From NCBI GenBank assembly GCA_045837725.1, contig JBEWZL010000257.1:1-64000 (forward strand): a stretch of DNA of 64,000 bases, given 5' to 3'. A model generated the notes under the pieces. That model was not told the DNA's origin and searched no databases. It worked only from the letters and a program-made list of their open reading frames with translations. The position numbers were made by a program, and so were the translations under genes. Positions 36,856-50,060 of the stretch are shown piece after piece (positions within the stretch are counted from its first letter, which is position 1; each line of letters opens with the position of its first letter). Origin of the DNA: Vermamoeba vermiformis. Taxonomy: Eukaryota.

Positions 36856-37211
36856 GCAGATTCATCAGCAGTCGGTCGTTGGATGTACTTGTAAATAGCA
36901 TGCGAAGATGTAATTAGTGTTAGTTTTTTGTATCAATTTATGTAAGGATAATGTAAATATCGATATATTTGTTTATATTAAAGTCGAATTCAAAATTGAA
37001 AGAACTTCAATCAAATTTCTTTGCTGCGAATTGTAACGAAGCTGAAAACCAGAAGAAATGAGATTTGATTCTTTTTAGCGCACAAAATAATTAACACGCG
37101 CACAATAGTATCTGAAAAATCAGAACCTGAGGCAGTAGTAGTATGGTACGTAGGCAACATCTACAAAGTAAAAAACAAAATCTGCGTTCAATTACTGTTA
37201 AAATTTGCCAA

Positions 37212-39176
37212 ATGGCTTCCTTAACAATAACAAAAGCATTTATTACTGAATTACAGCTCGCTGTAATTTTTGGATTTTATTTACAATTTTAAAAATAATT
37301 ATTTGTTCAGACTTCGGTGTGCAAATCGTATCTCACGTTCATCGTGTCCGAACGCAAACTAGCAAAGCTATATATCGGTTCATTAATTAGGACGATTGGA
37401 AGATCACTTATACGACTATTTTTGCCGATCTACCTTCTTGACCTCGGATTTACTCTGCCCCAAATCATCGTCTATTATTATATGGTTAAGAGCATAATAT
37501 GGGCATTGGCAACAATACCAGCAGAATATATTTCAAGGCGATGGAGTCCCGAGCATTCAATAGTCACTGGCACGTTTTTCTCGATCGCGAACTATTTATT
37601 CATAGCCTCAACCAAATCGTCTGAAATACCATTTTTATGTAAGTATATATACTATCATAACATATTTCGGCTGCGTTTCAGAAAAGATTTTACCACAACA
37701 GCGGGATCCTCTTACGCAGATCAAAAAATCGCATTTATTGATTCCATTCTTTTTTAATTTAAATATTATAATGGCAAAAACATTCCAAATTGAATATTTT
37801 GGAGACCATATGGAACTAATTGGTTTCATCGTGAAGTAACGATTGGCGTACTGAGCGGCACATCCGGAGGGCTTTATTGGCTAGGCTATCACTTGGATTT
37901 TTCTAAGAACAGTTCGAAAGACTCACGCGGCCAATCCCTGGCTCTAATGCGCACGACAACCATTCTAGCAAATGCAGCTGGTCCTTTGATAGGTGGCCTG
38001 GTCGCTCATTGGTACGTAATTGCTCAAGTTTCGAATAAATATAATAATTTCCTTTTTTGGTAATATCGTACCCTTTCATAACGAAATTTTCAATTATGAA
38101 GCTTAATTACGCTATTTATACCGTTCGATTAATGTTACTTTTTCGGATCTAGGCTAGGATTTCAATACATGACAACCATAAGCATGATTTTACTAGCATT
38201 ATCATTGGTACCGATGCTACCAAAAGTTTTGTCAAAATCACCTGCTGACAGGTCCGAACCACATCCAACCAAAGTTGCTACCACATCCACGAACCAAGAC
38301 TCAACGATCAATATTCTATTAACTACACTTGATATCTCGTGGATTAAGGGCGTAGATTTATTGGTACTGTTCACTTACGGCATGGAACAATGTCTTGGAT
38401 TCAATGCGTGGCCTATTTACACCAGCATGAATTTCTTCGATCAAAAATTCGAGTTGATTGGATTGAACGCGTCGATGTCCGTATTTTGCTCGTTAATAAT
38501 CACCCTATTATTCGGAAAACTCATCGATAAGGTACGTAATCTACGTGAGATCCGACCAGTTGGATCTGGTCACTTGTAGCGTATAGTGCCAAATATCCCA
38601 ATATTTTAATACAAATACTCATTGATTTTCTATAAATAGAACAGAGCTACTGCCCTATATATCGGAGTTGTATCAAATACGTCAATTTGGATCGCACGCA
38701 TGTTCATCACAAGTCGCTGGCAAGCAACACTTTTGGACATGCTGTTCAGTGTTTCTCATAGCTTACTTGGCAATTCAATGTTCGCATTGAGCTATGATAG
38801 AGGTACGACTATGACTTTAGTAGTATAATTACAGCCAGCGTGCCAGCCCCCCGAAAGTTGACACATCTGTCACTTCGAGATCCGGTTTCGTTGTTGCTTG
38901 TCTACTCCGACAAATCAATAGCTAACAGTTTTTATAACAGCAAATGCTACGCACATATACAGCTATTTGATCATCCAAGAAGTATTTCTGGCTTCAGGGC
39001 AGGTCTTGGTTTGGATCGTGTGTTTGTATTATCCGTCGCTGTACCCTGTATTTATATTAGGAGCTATTGTTAGCGTCATACAAGTCTTCGCAACGAAGAA
39101 TATGGGTCTTAAGAAGGAAAAGACAGACGCTGACAAGGATTCAAAATCGGATGTCAGTCAAGATCTTGACGTTTAA
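37212..39176 (+). CDS. Major facilitator superfamily transporter, multi-exon
   Basis: About 12 hydrophobic segments; LFLPIYLLDLGFTL, GLYWLGYHLDFS, AGPLIGGLVA, FGKLIDK. Confidence 0.8.
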
Positions 39177-39735
39177 CTAACAACTTGTAAAATATGAATA
39201 TATTGATTAATTCGTTCACTCTCGCAGTCTCAATTTCACCAGGCAAGAGAAAAATATTTTAATTCTTTTGTCGATCTAAATCCACCTGTCTCCAGGTACA
39301 CTAACTCCGATCTTGAATCCTCGTTAAGAAATAGTGTTAAGCATCATTATTTCTAATAATAACCGCGATTTCATTCTTATGCATTGCGGAACTTATTGAA
39401 TCACGATAGTAAATTGATTGTTTCTACCGGCGGTATAATTGTTCCTCGTCAGGCTTCGCCGCGATAATCAAATTTAATATAATAGAATCTTCTTTTAATA
39501 TTAAACTGGTTGATCCAGCGTATCTTTTTCATTTTTCATTTCCGCAATGTCTGTTGTGAACAAAAACTTTTAATTAAATTAAATAAATAAGCTCTATAAT
39601 CACAGTTAGCAATTCTGTATGATAAGATAGGATGCATCGAGCTTATTTTTAAATTTTTACATTTTTATTAATTTTTTTGGTGTATCAAACAATTATGACA
39701 TAAAAATTAATACAACAATCCGCAATTAGAGATTA

Positions 39736-40485
39736 TTATTTATCCTCGTCATCGTGACCCTCCTCAGCGTCACCTTGCAAGTCGGATGTCCACAAAGTCA
39801 AGTTGTCACGCAACAATTGCATAATAACTGTGCTATCCTTGTAGCTATCTTCGGATAATTTGTCCAATTCGGTAATAGCGTCGTCGAAGGCTTGCTTGGC
39901 GAGTTGGCAGGCCTTGTCGGGGCTGTTCAAGATCTCGTAGTAAAACACAGAGAAGTTCAAAGCCAATCCGAGGCGAATAGGGTGAGTAGAGGCCAAATCC
40001 TTGGCGGCAATATCGGCGGCAGACTTGTAGGAGTCGTGGGAGTGGTCAGCGGATTCCTTGCGAGCATCTCCGGTCTTGAATTCAGCGAGGTATCTCCAGT
40101 AGTCACCCTTCATCTTGTAATAGAAGACCTTTGACTCGGCGCTTTGTGAAGAAGGAATCAAGTGGTTGTCCAACACGTTAAGGATGTCTTGGCAGATCTT
40201 GTTGAGCTCTTCTTCAACCTTCTTTCTGTAATCTCGGATGCGACGAACATTATTTTCGTTGCCCTTGTTCTCTTCCTTCTGTTCAATCGAGGAAATGATT
40301 CTCCATGAAGCTCTGCGCGAACCAACAACGTTCTTGTAGGCAACAGAGAGCAAATTTCGCTCTTCAACAGTTAATTCGACATTCAGATCGGCGACTTTTT
40401 TCATAGCCTCGACCATTTCGTCATAGCGTTCAGCTTGCTCAGAGAGCTTAGCCATGTAGACGTTGTCTTCGCGAGATTCAGCCAT
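39736..40485 (-). CDS. 14-3-3 protein (intronless CDS)
   Basis: [65 protein letters not shown]. Confidence 0.99.
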   Translation of the reverse strand: MAESREDNVYMAKLSEQAERYDEMVEAMKKVADLNVELTVEERNLLSVAYKNVVGSRRASWRIISSIEQKEENKGNENNVRRIRDYRKKVEEELNKICQDILNVLDNHLIPSSQSAESKVFYYKMKGDYWRYLAEFKTGDARKESADHSHDSYKSAADIAAKDLASTHPIRLGLALNFSVFYYEILNSPDKACQLAKQAFDDAITELDKLSEDSYKDSTVIMQLLRDNLTLWTSDLQGDAEEGHDDEDK

Positions 40486-41210
40486 TGTTGTATTGTGTGT
40501 GGGAAGTGATTGAATAATTAAATTGAAAATAAAATCTTTTGACATTTGTAGGTGCCCTGGTTCATCACGTGCTAGATATGCTCAAGATACGACTCCGTGT
40601 ATTGTTAATATTTCGTGAGTCAGTGTACAACGGCTGGGCTCTAAATATGACGCAATCTTCGGATGTCAAATCTCATCGTGTGTGTTGTTAACAAAAAAGA
40701 TACTTTTATGCTGAAAATCATTGTCCTATAAACACACCTATCCCAGTAAGTAATATTTATACGACAAATTACCGATTAAATAGAAATTAAATACTAAATT
40801 ACCTTTACCGCCTTTTCATCTCGATCAAAATTCAAATTCCCTAATCTTTCATTTCGATAATAAGTAAATTCCTCCATAATTTTTATCCACGTCCATATCG
40901 TAGATTATTCACATTCGTCAAGACTAGAACGTGAATTATTCCGAGCGCAACTCAGTTTCTCGTGATCTGCTTCTAACGACAGCCCTTTTATTGTAGATTG
41001 CCTAAGTCAGTTATGTTCATGAACAATAAGGATAAGAAGTCTGAGAGTGTGAGTTTCAGCCGGCTTTCCATTTTTTTGATCGGTTTTCATGAACGGTCAG
41101 CAGAAAAAATCAAAATTGATCGCGTCTTTTGGTCATTTTATAATAGTTTTGCTACTCTAGCAACACAAAAGACATAGTATTTTATTATATACATTTTTAA
41201 TTGTTCTACA

Positions 41211-42406
41211 ATGGCCGACAGCGAAGATCAAAACACGGAGCAATGGCTCAAGAGTACCTTGCTTAGCCACGCATTGCCCGGCGTATTTCTTAAAGGAAAA
41301 TCAGTTGTTAGCGTCAGTAGAAACGATCCTATCGCCAAAGCCTTCAAGCTCATGGTCGAGCACAAAATCCACTCAGTTGCCGTCTTCGATCCGACATCCA
41401 AGAAGTATAGAGCATTCCTCGATATTCTTGACATCTTATGTCACGCTATGAACACCTTCCACTTGGCCGAGCTGGAGAGATCTTTTTCGATGATCTCGGT
41501 GCACGACCACTTCAGCAAGCACACGTGCGGCGAGCTCGCTAATATATCTGAGCGATCGGCTTATTTGCAAGTTAATGATGACGTGTCTCTTTGGGACATT
41601 TTGGAGTTCTTCGTTGTTGCTGATGCGGTTCAAAGGTAACATCCCGTTTAATGAAACGTTTAGAGGAATACTTTTCGAGTTTATCACCCTCAAACTATCG
41701 TACTAATATTGTCTATTGTAGAGTAGCAGTAGTTACGAAAAAAGAAGAGATCGTTGGCGTCTGCTCTCGTCTGCGCCTGATCCACTTTTTCTCGCCTCAT
41801 ATTCTCAAATTCAGCATTGCTCGTAAATCGATCCAAGACATCAAACTCGTAAGTATACCACTATTAGTAATCTTTCATCCGAAGAAAGTTCAATCAATCA
41901 AGATCTCGGAATTTGACAAATTGACACGATCAAGTTTCGTTCACTGAACGACGGTGACAAAGTGTCGGATCGCAGTATTAATAATACAATGATAGGGCAT
42001 CAAGAAGGTGATTACAGTGAAGGCCAATTCAGCGGTCTCAGAAGCATTCAAGCTGATCCGCGATCAAGGTTTGAACAGTGTAGGAGTGGTTCATGAAGAC
42101 AATGGACAATTGATCGGAAACATCTCCGCGTCGGATCTCAAAGTCGTAGGTCTTACCGGCGAGCTCTTCGGTCGAATGCTCTTATCTTGCCGTCAATACT
42201 TGACCTTGATCCCGTCGAACCCGAACTTCACTTACCCGATCAGCGTGAATCCATCAACGACCGTTGAAGAGTTGATCAAAAAGTTTGATATTGCTCACGT
42301 GCATCGCATTTACGTGGTTGATAATCAACAAATGCCTGTTGGTATTGTCAGTGTTTACGACGTGCTTAAGGCTCTCAAGGAAGACGTTGAAACTATGGAC
42401 AAATAG
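41211..42406 (+). CDS. CBS-domain protein (AMPK-gamma/SDS23-like), 3 exons
   Basis: Four CBS repeats, e.g. AFKLMVEHKIHSVAVFD, LIGNISASDLK, HRIYVVDNQQMPVGIVSVYDVL. Confidence 0.9.
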
Positions 42407-42674
42407 TGTTGATTAATTACGATGTTTTAGCTGGTGTAGGATATTAAGGTTGCATGTAAATAAGATAAAGACGATTGAGTATTGTCATCTCGCTATTTAC
42501 TTCGGTTTACTTCAAAAGTAGGTCCACAGTGCGACGGTTCAACGATCCAGGCTCTGAGTGTTCAGTCCTCTTTCTTCATTTGGAGCCTTGAGACGTGCTG
42601 GTTTTGAATGGCAAGAATTTGGCCGTCTGTTGCCAACCTATAATTTAGGGACGGATACAAGTAGTATCAACACC

Positions 42675-43817
42675 TTAATCCAAACACTTCTTTAATATCG
42701 AATAGTCCTTTGTATAGTGATAGAATAGTTGGTCTTCGTCATATTTATATTCTTGGCCAATCGCAACGGCATCTCTAAGACCGATCCATTTCATGTACGG
42801 TTCGTGATCTTGGATAGGATAGGTTCAAATAAGTTACGAACTTGAAATATAAGAATGAAAATGGTACCTGATTCATCTTGCGAAGCGTACATTGCCTCCG
42901 AGAGCATCTACAATCAAACAATTATTTTAAATAAATGACAAAAATTAAATAATTGGCAATTAGTCTTAATGACAACCGGCGCCAAATTCTAATATAATAA
43001 AAAAATTTGCATATATTAAAATACCTTTTCTAATAATTCAGTTTGCTGAGGCACGGGATCTTGGAGATCAACAAACTCTTCATCTTTTGGTCCATCTGTA
43101 TCAACTACAACGACAGCTCTGTTCGAAATAGTTACTTAATGTCTTATAGTATAATATATTATTACCTTAGTGCGAACCACGGTCCATAAACTGGATGAAT
43201 GCTCAAGTGGATCGGATGCAGGTAAGCTAATCCGGAAACATGGCTTATTTTCTGCATGGAAACGAGTCTACCTAATTAAAGATATTGATTAAGCACGTAC
43301 ACGACTTAATCACGTCTATTAAACGTACCTTTTCGAACTTCATTAGCATAGCGGATGTCATGAACGAGTTTCTCCCGTTCTAATAACGGTTTAAATATTG
43401 AGTCGATGGTATCTTTTGTATACACATCTATAGGATGTGGAGAGTCTTGCAGTTTCTTATTTGCTTTGTATTGAGCGACGAACGGGGTCCAAAAGTGTTT
43501 TGTATTTCCGATCAAGATCCCCAAAGTGTTGGATCTGTTGAAAGTAGGCAGTTTGTGATCTACATGTACTGTTTCATTATACCTATGTAGTGACAGAATT
43601 TTAGATCGCGTCCTCTGGTAGAACGTAATTTTTGAGATTTGGATTTGCAATACTGGGTGTATTTTAACGATGAAATTAATAAATATTTATTCGAGTATAT
43701 TCGTATATTATTGTGCACGTGCAGAAAGTTAACTAACCATTTAACTTGAAAGGGCTTGATGAGATCAAATCCCTTGTCTTTCAACGTGCTCGTAACAGTG
43801 CTTAATATCTTGTTCAT
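42675..43817 (-). CDS. MMACHC: Cyanocobalamin reductase / alkylcobalamin dealkylase (CblC) homolog
   Basis: GFDLIKPFQVKWYN, LGILIGNTKHFW, HPIDVY, MQKISHVSGLAY, SIHPVYGPWFALRAVVV. Confidence 0.88.
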
Positions 43818-43926
43818 ATTTAATATAATATATATAATGTATTTTGTGGTACTTGTGCTGGTTACGGAGTCTAACGGACAAAAATAGTTCGTGAAACAAC
43901 GCTTCATTTTCCTAATTTCGCCCACA

Positions 43927-46900
43927 ATGAACAATATCACGGGTGCTGCTAATTTTTTGCGAGGTAAATTCCATCAGACCAAAGAGAATCTGCCTGGCGT
44001 TATTCGCGATGTATTCGAGCAAGACTCTTATGAAGGATCTTTTGAAGTCTCGTTGAAGTTGAGTAAGTACTTAATATTATGACGGTGTTGCAAAAAATAA
44101 CGGCATATCAATTATAAATGCCTCTAATAATTTAATCAATTTTTAACGAATTTTTAAAATGTTCAAATTTTTAAATTTCGGCATCCAGACCCAAACCCTT
44201 TGTTTTTTCCACTGATTAATGCTATTATTTAGAAAATGGAATTCAAACAAAATTTACGCTCGATTTTTCGAAGGAGCTGCGAAAGAACGACTACGATTTT
44301 TCGGAGCAAGCCCGTCTCGAATTAGGTTTATCGAGTATTGACGAAATATATCTTCAAACCGAAGAATTGAGCATCACTTCATTGCCTCCGCACGATTTGC
44401 GTTTAAAGTAAGTTTTTAAAGTCCTTCTTTGTAACTGAACTTCCTTTTTAGGAAAATGCCTTCATTCATCACAAAAATGACCAATCTTACATCTCTTCGT
44501 TTGGAAAATCATAAACTTGTATCATTGAGCCTTCAAACTCTTCAGCCACTGCAAAAATTAGAAAACTTGGCCTTGATCAACTGCGAGATCTGCGTACTTT
44601 CCGAACTGACGAAGATTAAACAGCTCAAAGTCCTCGATTTATCTTCTAATGCATTAGAGGAGCTTGTTTCTGACTTTGGTAAGCTTTTCCTACTTTTTGC
44701 CAACAATTACTAACGGTTCTATTTTTAGGCGAGATGAGCAATCTCGAAGTTCTAAATTTAGAAGACAACAAGTTGACCTTCGTCTTCAATAATATTAGCA
44801 AAGTCAACTTGCCCAACTTACGCGAGATTAATTTATCGAAGAACATGGTACGCTTTCATTTTTTGTTACCTCGGATCGAGATCTGACTTTGATTTTCAGC
44901 TTGGTACGCCATACGGATCGATCCCTGGCTTCTCGGGCAAATCTAATCAACTCCCGTCGTTCGAGTCACTGAAGAGCCTAAAGATCGTCGTAAGTTATTA
45001 TTTTGAAAGTCGATCCGGATCTGGCTATTAATCATGCATTGTAGATGCTCTCTAAAAACTACTATGAAGAGGTTCCATCGCAATTGATGCAATTAAGTAA
45101 ACTCGAAGAAGTTGCCATTGAAGACAACAAAATTAAAAAACTGCCGAAAAATCTCTCGGATCTTACCGCACTCACCAAATTGAACGTGAGCGGCAACAAG
45201 TTGCGATCGATCGGTGGTACGCATTGAAATTTCACTGAAATTCACATGCATTACTAAACCTCGTCGTTTTAGAGGCTTGCAACTGTCCCAATTTGATCTT
45301 CCTTGCCGCGGCAAACAACGAAATTGAAAAAATTCCCGAAGACATTGCCAAGTTAAAAGAGCTTCGTACTTTGAGTTTGGACAACAACAGAATTTCTGCA
45401 ATGCCCGATGCTCTGTTCACTTTGGTCTTATTGAACAAGCTTCATTTGAACGACAACAAAATCGAACAATTGCCGCTGAAAATTCAAAACTTGGTTAATT
45501 TGTTAGAATTTAACATTGCCGGAAACAAATTGCAAGATATTCCTACTGGTAAGCTCTATAATATTATATTCACTTTTGCGTATTAATCGTTAACTATTCT
45601 TTGCAGAAATTTCCGCTTTGAACAAGTTGCTCAAGTTGGATCTGTCAAATAACTCACTCAAAGGCCTTCCGTATGGCATTGGCAGTTTGACTCAGGTAAA
45701 AATGCAGAAAAAAAGCAATAGCAATGAACCGTTAATAATATTATTTTTATTAGCTTAAAGTTCTCGGCTTGACTGGCAACAAGTTGCAAATTATTCCTGC
45801 TACGTTCAGCAACATTCGTTTATTGACTGAGCTTACTGTCGCAAATATTATGGTGTATCACGGTACGAAACAAAGATGAACTAATTAGTGATCGTTTATT
45901 AATAACCAATCTTTGCAGATGCGTACAGTCAAATTCAAGCCAAGACTATCGATACCACGGCTTCGAAGAAAGACTCAGAAAAGAATATGACGCAATTAGT
46001 CGTATTGAGCAGAATGGCCATTCATCCAATGCTTATTTTCGCCTTAGCCTATGCTTCAGGAAAAGGTAACATTTTTTTCACGCGTCAATCAAAAAATCGT
46101 TAGTTATTTGAGACTAACCGAATTATTCCAGACAGCGAAAATTCCTCGGCTTTTGTTCAAGAAGGCGGCATTGACGAGTTGCTGCGTATTATCAAGTCGT
46201 CGGCTGACAAGGAGTTGCAGTACACTGCTATCAACTCGTTGAAATTGATGTCTATGAACGGCAAGTCAAACAAATATTAGCTCGTAAAAAAACCGAACTA
46301 ATTCCTGGCATTTTAGAGGAAATTAGCGATCGTGCCAAGACAATTATTCCCGTAAGAAAATTAAATCGTAAACACAATTGACGTAGTCTTAATTAATTAT
46401 GGAATTTAGAGCTTGTTAGAGGTTCTCGTCAACTTGGTGAAAACTTCAAAAGACAACGAGATTATTGCCAATGCATTAGACATATTTGGCAATCTCGTGC
46501 TGAGTGGTCAGTACAACTTATTATAATATTATCGATCGTTGTTAGGCTATCTAAACTCAGTATTTTTTTTCTTACCAGCTGATATTCGGGACGAAGCGCA
46601 TGCCAAGTACGGTCACGGATTCATCAGTGATTTGTTGTCGTCAGAGGTTCAATCGGTCCAAGAAGCTGCACGCAAAGCATTGGCTGCTTATGGCATTGTC
46701 GCATTCACTACAAAACCTGCGACAGGCAAGCGAGGCATCAGAATTCTTGGTAAGTTAACTTACTGGAAAAAAATTCCTAATTAGATTATCATTTTTTGAT
46801 TCGTTCGTTAGCTCTCGATGGCGGAGGTACCCGTGCTGTCGCAACAACGGAGATTTTGAAGGAGATTGAAGAAGCCACTGGCAAAAAGGTAACCAATAAC

Positions 46901-48095
46901 TTAAAAGGATCGGTTCTGACTAATTTTTCAGATTTACGAAATGTTCGATATGGTTGCTGGTGTATCAACCGGTGCGATTATTAGTCAGTTCTCGGCAATC
47001 AGAAAGTTGAACATGGAGCAGATCCAACAGAAATATCGAACACTGTGCACGGCCATCTTTTCAACCAAATCGAAAACTGACAAAGCGACTGACAGCTTCG
47101 TCAATAATAACAAGGCTTGGCAAAAGCTGGTCGGAATTAAGAGTTTGTTCAGAGTAAGGAGATTGCCTAATTAGGATGAAATTTCATTTTGACACGTGAT
47201 ATTTTTTCAGACGGGCTCGTTGTACAACAGTCAAAGTTACGAGAACATTTGTTTGGCCGAATGTGGTCCTGCGCGTATGATTGACACTGCAGCCACGACA
47301 GATGTCAAAGTCTTGTTCATTACAACGTCCGTCAGTTACGTGCCACTGGAGCCACGTGTCATCAGAAACTACAACTTGCCGCCTGGTGTCACTTCGAAGT
47401 ATATCGGTGACGCTAACTGGCCTGGATGGTACGCACATTTGTATACTTTTGTACCTCATTGCATTAATTCTTTTCGTTCAGGCTCGGAGTTCGTGCTTCC
47501 AGTGCGGCACCGCCATACTTTGAAGAGTGCAAGGTCAGCAACGAGACGTTTGTTGACGGAGGTCTCGTGATCAACAACCCAACGGCTGTAGCCATTCATG
47601 AAGCTAAGCTGTTGTGGCCTGACAGACCGATCGATTTGGTGCTGTCTCTCGGAACAGGTAAAAAATTTGTGCAAAGTTTGGCTAATGTGCTAACATTTCC
47701 TTTTTAGGTAAACCACCTCGCACTGAAGTCAAGGACAAGAACTTCTATCTCACAATGGCTAATGCGCTCGTGGATTCTGCTACTGAAATTGACAAGTAAG
47801 ATCCAATTCGTGAAAATCGCTTGCCATAAAAGGAAATTAATCTTTGTTTTCAGAACGCACCAAATAGTCGAAACATTTATGCCTGCAAACACTTACTTCC
47901 GATTCCAATTTGCTAACCCAGCGTTTTCGTGCGATTTGGTAAGTCCTGGTTAAAAATAGCCGCGATGACTTATTATCGTTGTAGGACGAAACTAATGCAA
48001 AGAAATTGGATGCTATGCAAACAGCAGCACGAGATTTCTTGGCTGAGAACAAGGCGAGCTTTGACGCTGTCGTGAAAATTTTGTCGCAAGAATAG
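43927..48095 (+). CDS. LRR-ARM-patatin phospholipase (iPLA2-gamma / plant PLAI-like), multi-exon
   Basis: Many LxxLxLxxN LRRs and ARM-like helices, followed by [14 protein letters not shown] and DGGLVINNP. Confidence 0.88.
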
Positions 48096-48131
48096 AAACG
48101 GCAGACTTTTTTTTTACATAATACAATTGAG

Positions 48132-49880
48132 TTAATACTTGGTGTTAATCGATAATTTCTCGAATAAAGACTCGGGTAGTATATCTTGTAGTTCAATTGG
48201 GTGCCAGTTATCCTTGTTCTTGCGGATGTGTTTCAAACAGAGTTCGGTGAGGGTACCAACGCCTTTCAGTTTCAATGAAAGTAATTGGCCTAAAGGTTTC
48301 TTCTCATCTTCTTCCCTGCGCGTCCTTTTATTATTAGCCTTAGCTGCCTAAAATAGCTATTTTTTCAATTCTTACCATGCCTCCGTGGTGCTAAAAGTCA
48401 CGTATAAATTGTTGCCGTCAGGTGAAAAGTCAAGTCCTGTGTTACGAAAAGGTGCTTTGGAACCAGTTTCTTGCGGCATAGTGAACTTTTGGACTATTTG
48501 AAAGGTCGTATAATCAACAATATAAACGTGACCAACATTAGCAGCCGCGTAAGCCATGAGTTTCTGAGAATTTGGATGAAATTTCACGTTCTCTATCGCA
48601 TGAATTCTCCAGTATTCCTCTTCGTCTTCCTTAAGCACTTGTGGAACTCCGTAAGTGGCTACTAATTGAATGTCCAGATCGTTGTTTGACTCCACTTTGA
48701 ACGAGAATAAATAGACTTCCCCATGCTCGCAAGATACTGCAAAGCACGATTCATCCGGGGCCCAGTGAGCTGTGTGACAATTACCTAAATTTGGCGAGTT
48801 AGTGTTATTACCATATAAGGAAATATTACGACAAGGACCTACCTAGCACACCAAAAGTTTTACGTATTTTATAAATACACCTGCCGTTTTCAGGCACTAT
48901 TTCATACACATAAATCTGAGCCAATAATGAGTACTATTTTCCGCTAATTAAATTGTTAATACGTACTTGTTGTTTATCGCCGATCGCAACCATGAATCTG
49001 TTCGAAGGAGAAACCTATTGATTTAAATGATTAAATTATCCACAATAATTTTATATTTTAGATCTTACGCCGACGCCTCCTGCACATGTTTTGTAAGCGA
49101 CAAGTGGCACCGGAATTGCGTGAACGAGTTGTAAACTTTCAACTTCGAATGCTAATTTGCGTCGTTAGTAATTATAATAGTTTCGTTATTAACATACTTT
49201 TTATGGCAAGGTTCCAAGAATTTAGAGCAACTACAACGTAATCTTTGCCGTCGTATTGGTAAAAGCTGAATCCGTTCACCATTTCGTACGCCTCTGATTT
49301 GCTTATTTGAGAAACTCTAATTATGAGGTCAATATTGTGCCGAAATATATAAGTCTGAGTATAAACCGAATGTATGTAATGTTGACTTACTGTAAGGATC
49401 CCAAAGTTAACCTCGATATCGTTCCTTCCATATCGCCAAAAAATACATAATTTTTGTGTGCTTTAATGGCTGTTAACGGATTGTAATTAACGGTGTTTGA
49501 CATATCGCAAAGCACGCGAATCTGAATTAATTTGGATCAGAAAAATCTCAGAATAACCAAAATAAATTAATTTATTAATTTACCTTCTTTTGTTCTCGAT
49601 TAAATTCTAAAATTTTATCCGTTCCACAAATAAATAAGCAGTCAGGATAAAGCGGTGTGCAAGTTATTCGATCTCGCAATTGACTGTGTCCTTGGAGCCC
49701 TTCGTAGATATCATAAATATATTCGCACACATTTGGCTCTTTAAACACTAATGGCTCGAAGAAATCTTGCGGATCTTCCGTTTCAATTTTTCTTTCTTTC
49801 GTGATAGGCCTTACATCCACAAGATTTAGCTCTGCTGGTGGACCTACTGGTTGAACAATCACTTGTGCAGCTTGTTCCAT
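48132..49880 (-). CDS. WD40-like beta-propeller protein with C-terminal BC-box/SOCS-box-like motif
   Basis: VSPSNRFMVAIGD, HWAPDESCFAVSCEHG, VKFHPN, LDFSPDG; C-terminus VGTLTELCLKHIR...ILPESLFEKL. Confidence 0.65.
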
Positions 49881-50060
49881 CAAATAATCTTGTATGGGTG
49901 TGAGTTGTGATTTTTATCGTAAATGGGACGTGTCACGAAGAAAAGGAAGCGTATCAAAAAAAAATTGAATTCGAGCCACAGGCGTCAACATTGCAACGTA
50001 AAATTGACTGTAATACCTCACGGAAACATAAGCAATTGACTTAGTCTAGTGCACGTGCAA

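Noticed and set aside
40486..40545. N-terminal extensions in the ORF track for 14-3-3 (and 53360-53431 for kinase 1)
   Set aside because: AT-rich UTR/intron-like sequence; conserved starts are MAESRED (40485) and MQID (53432, matching paralog MQIS).
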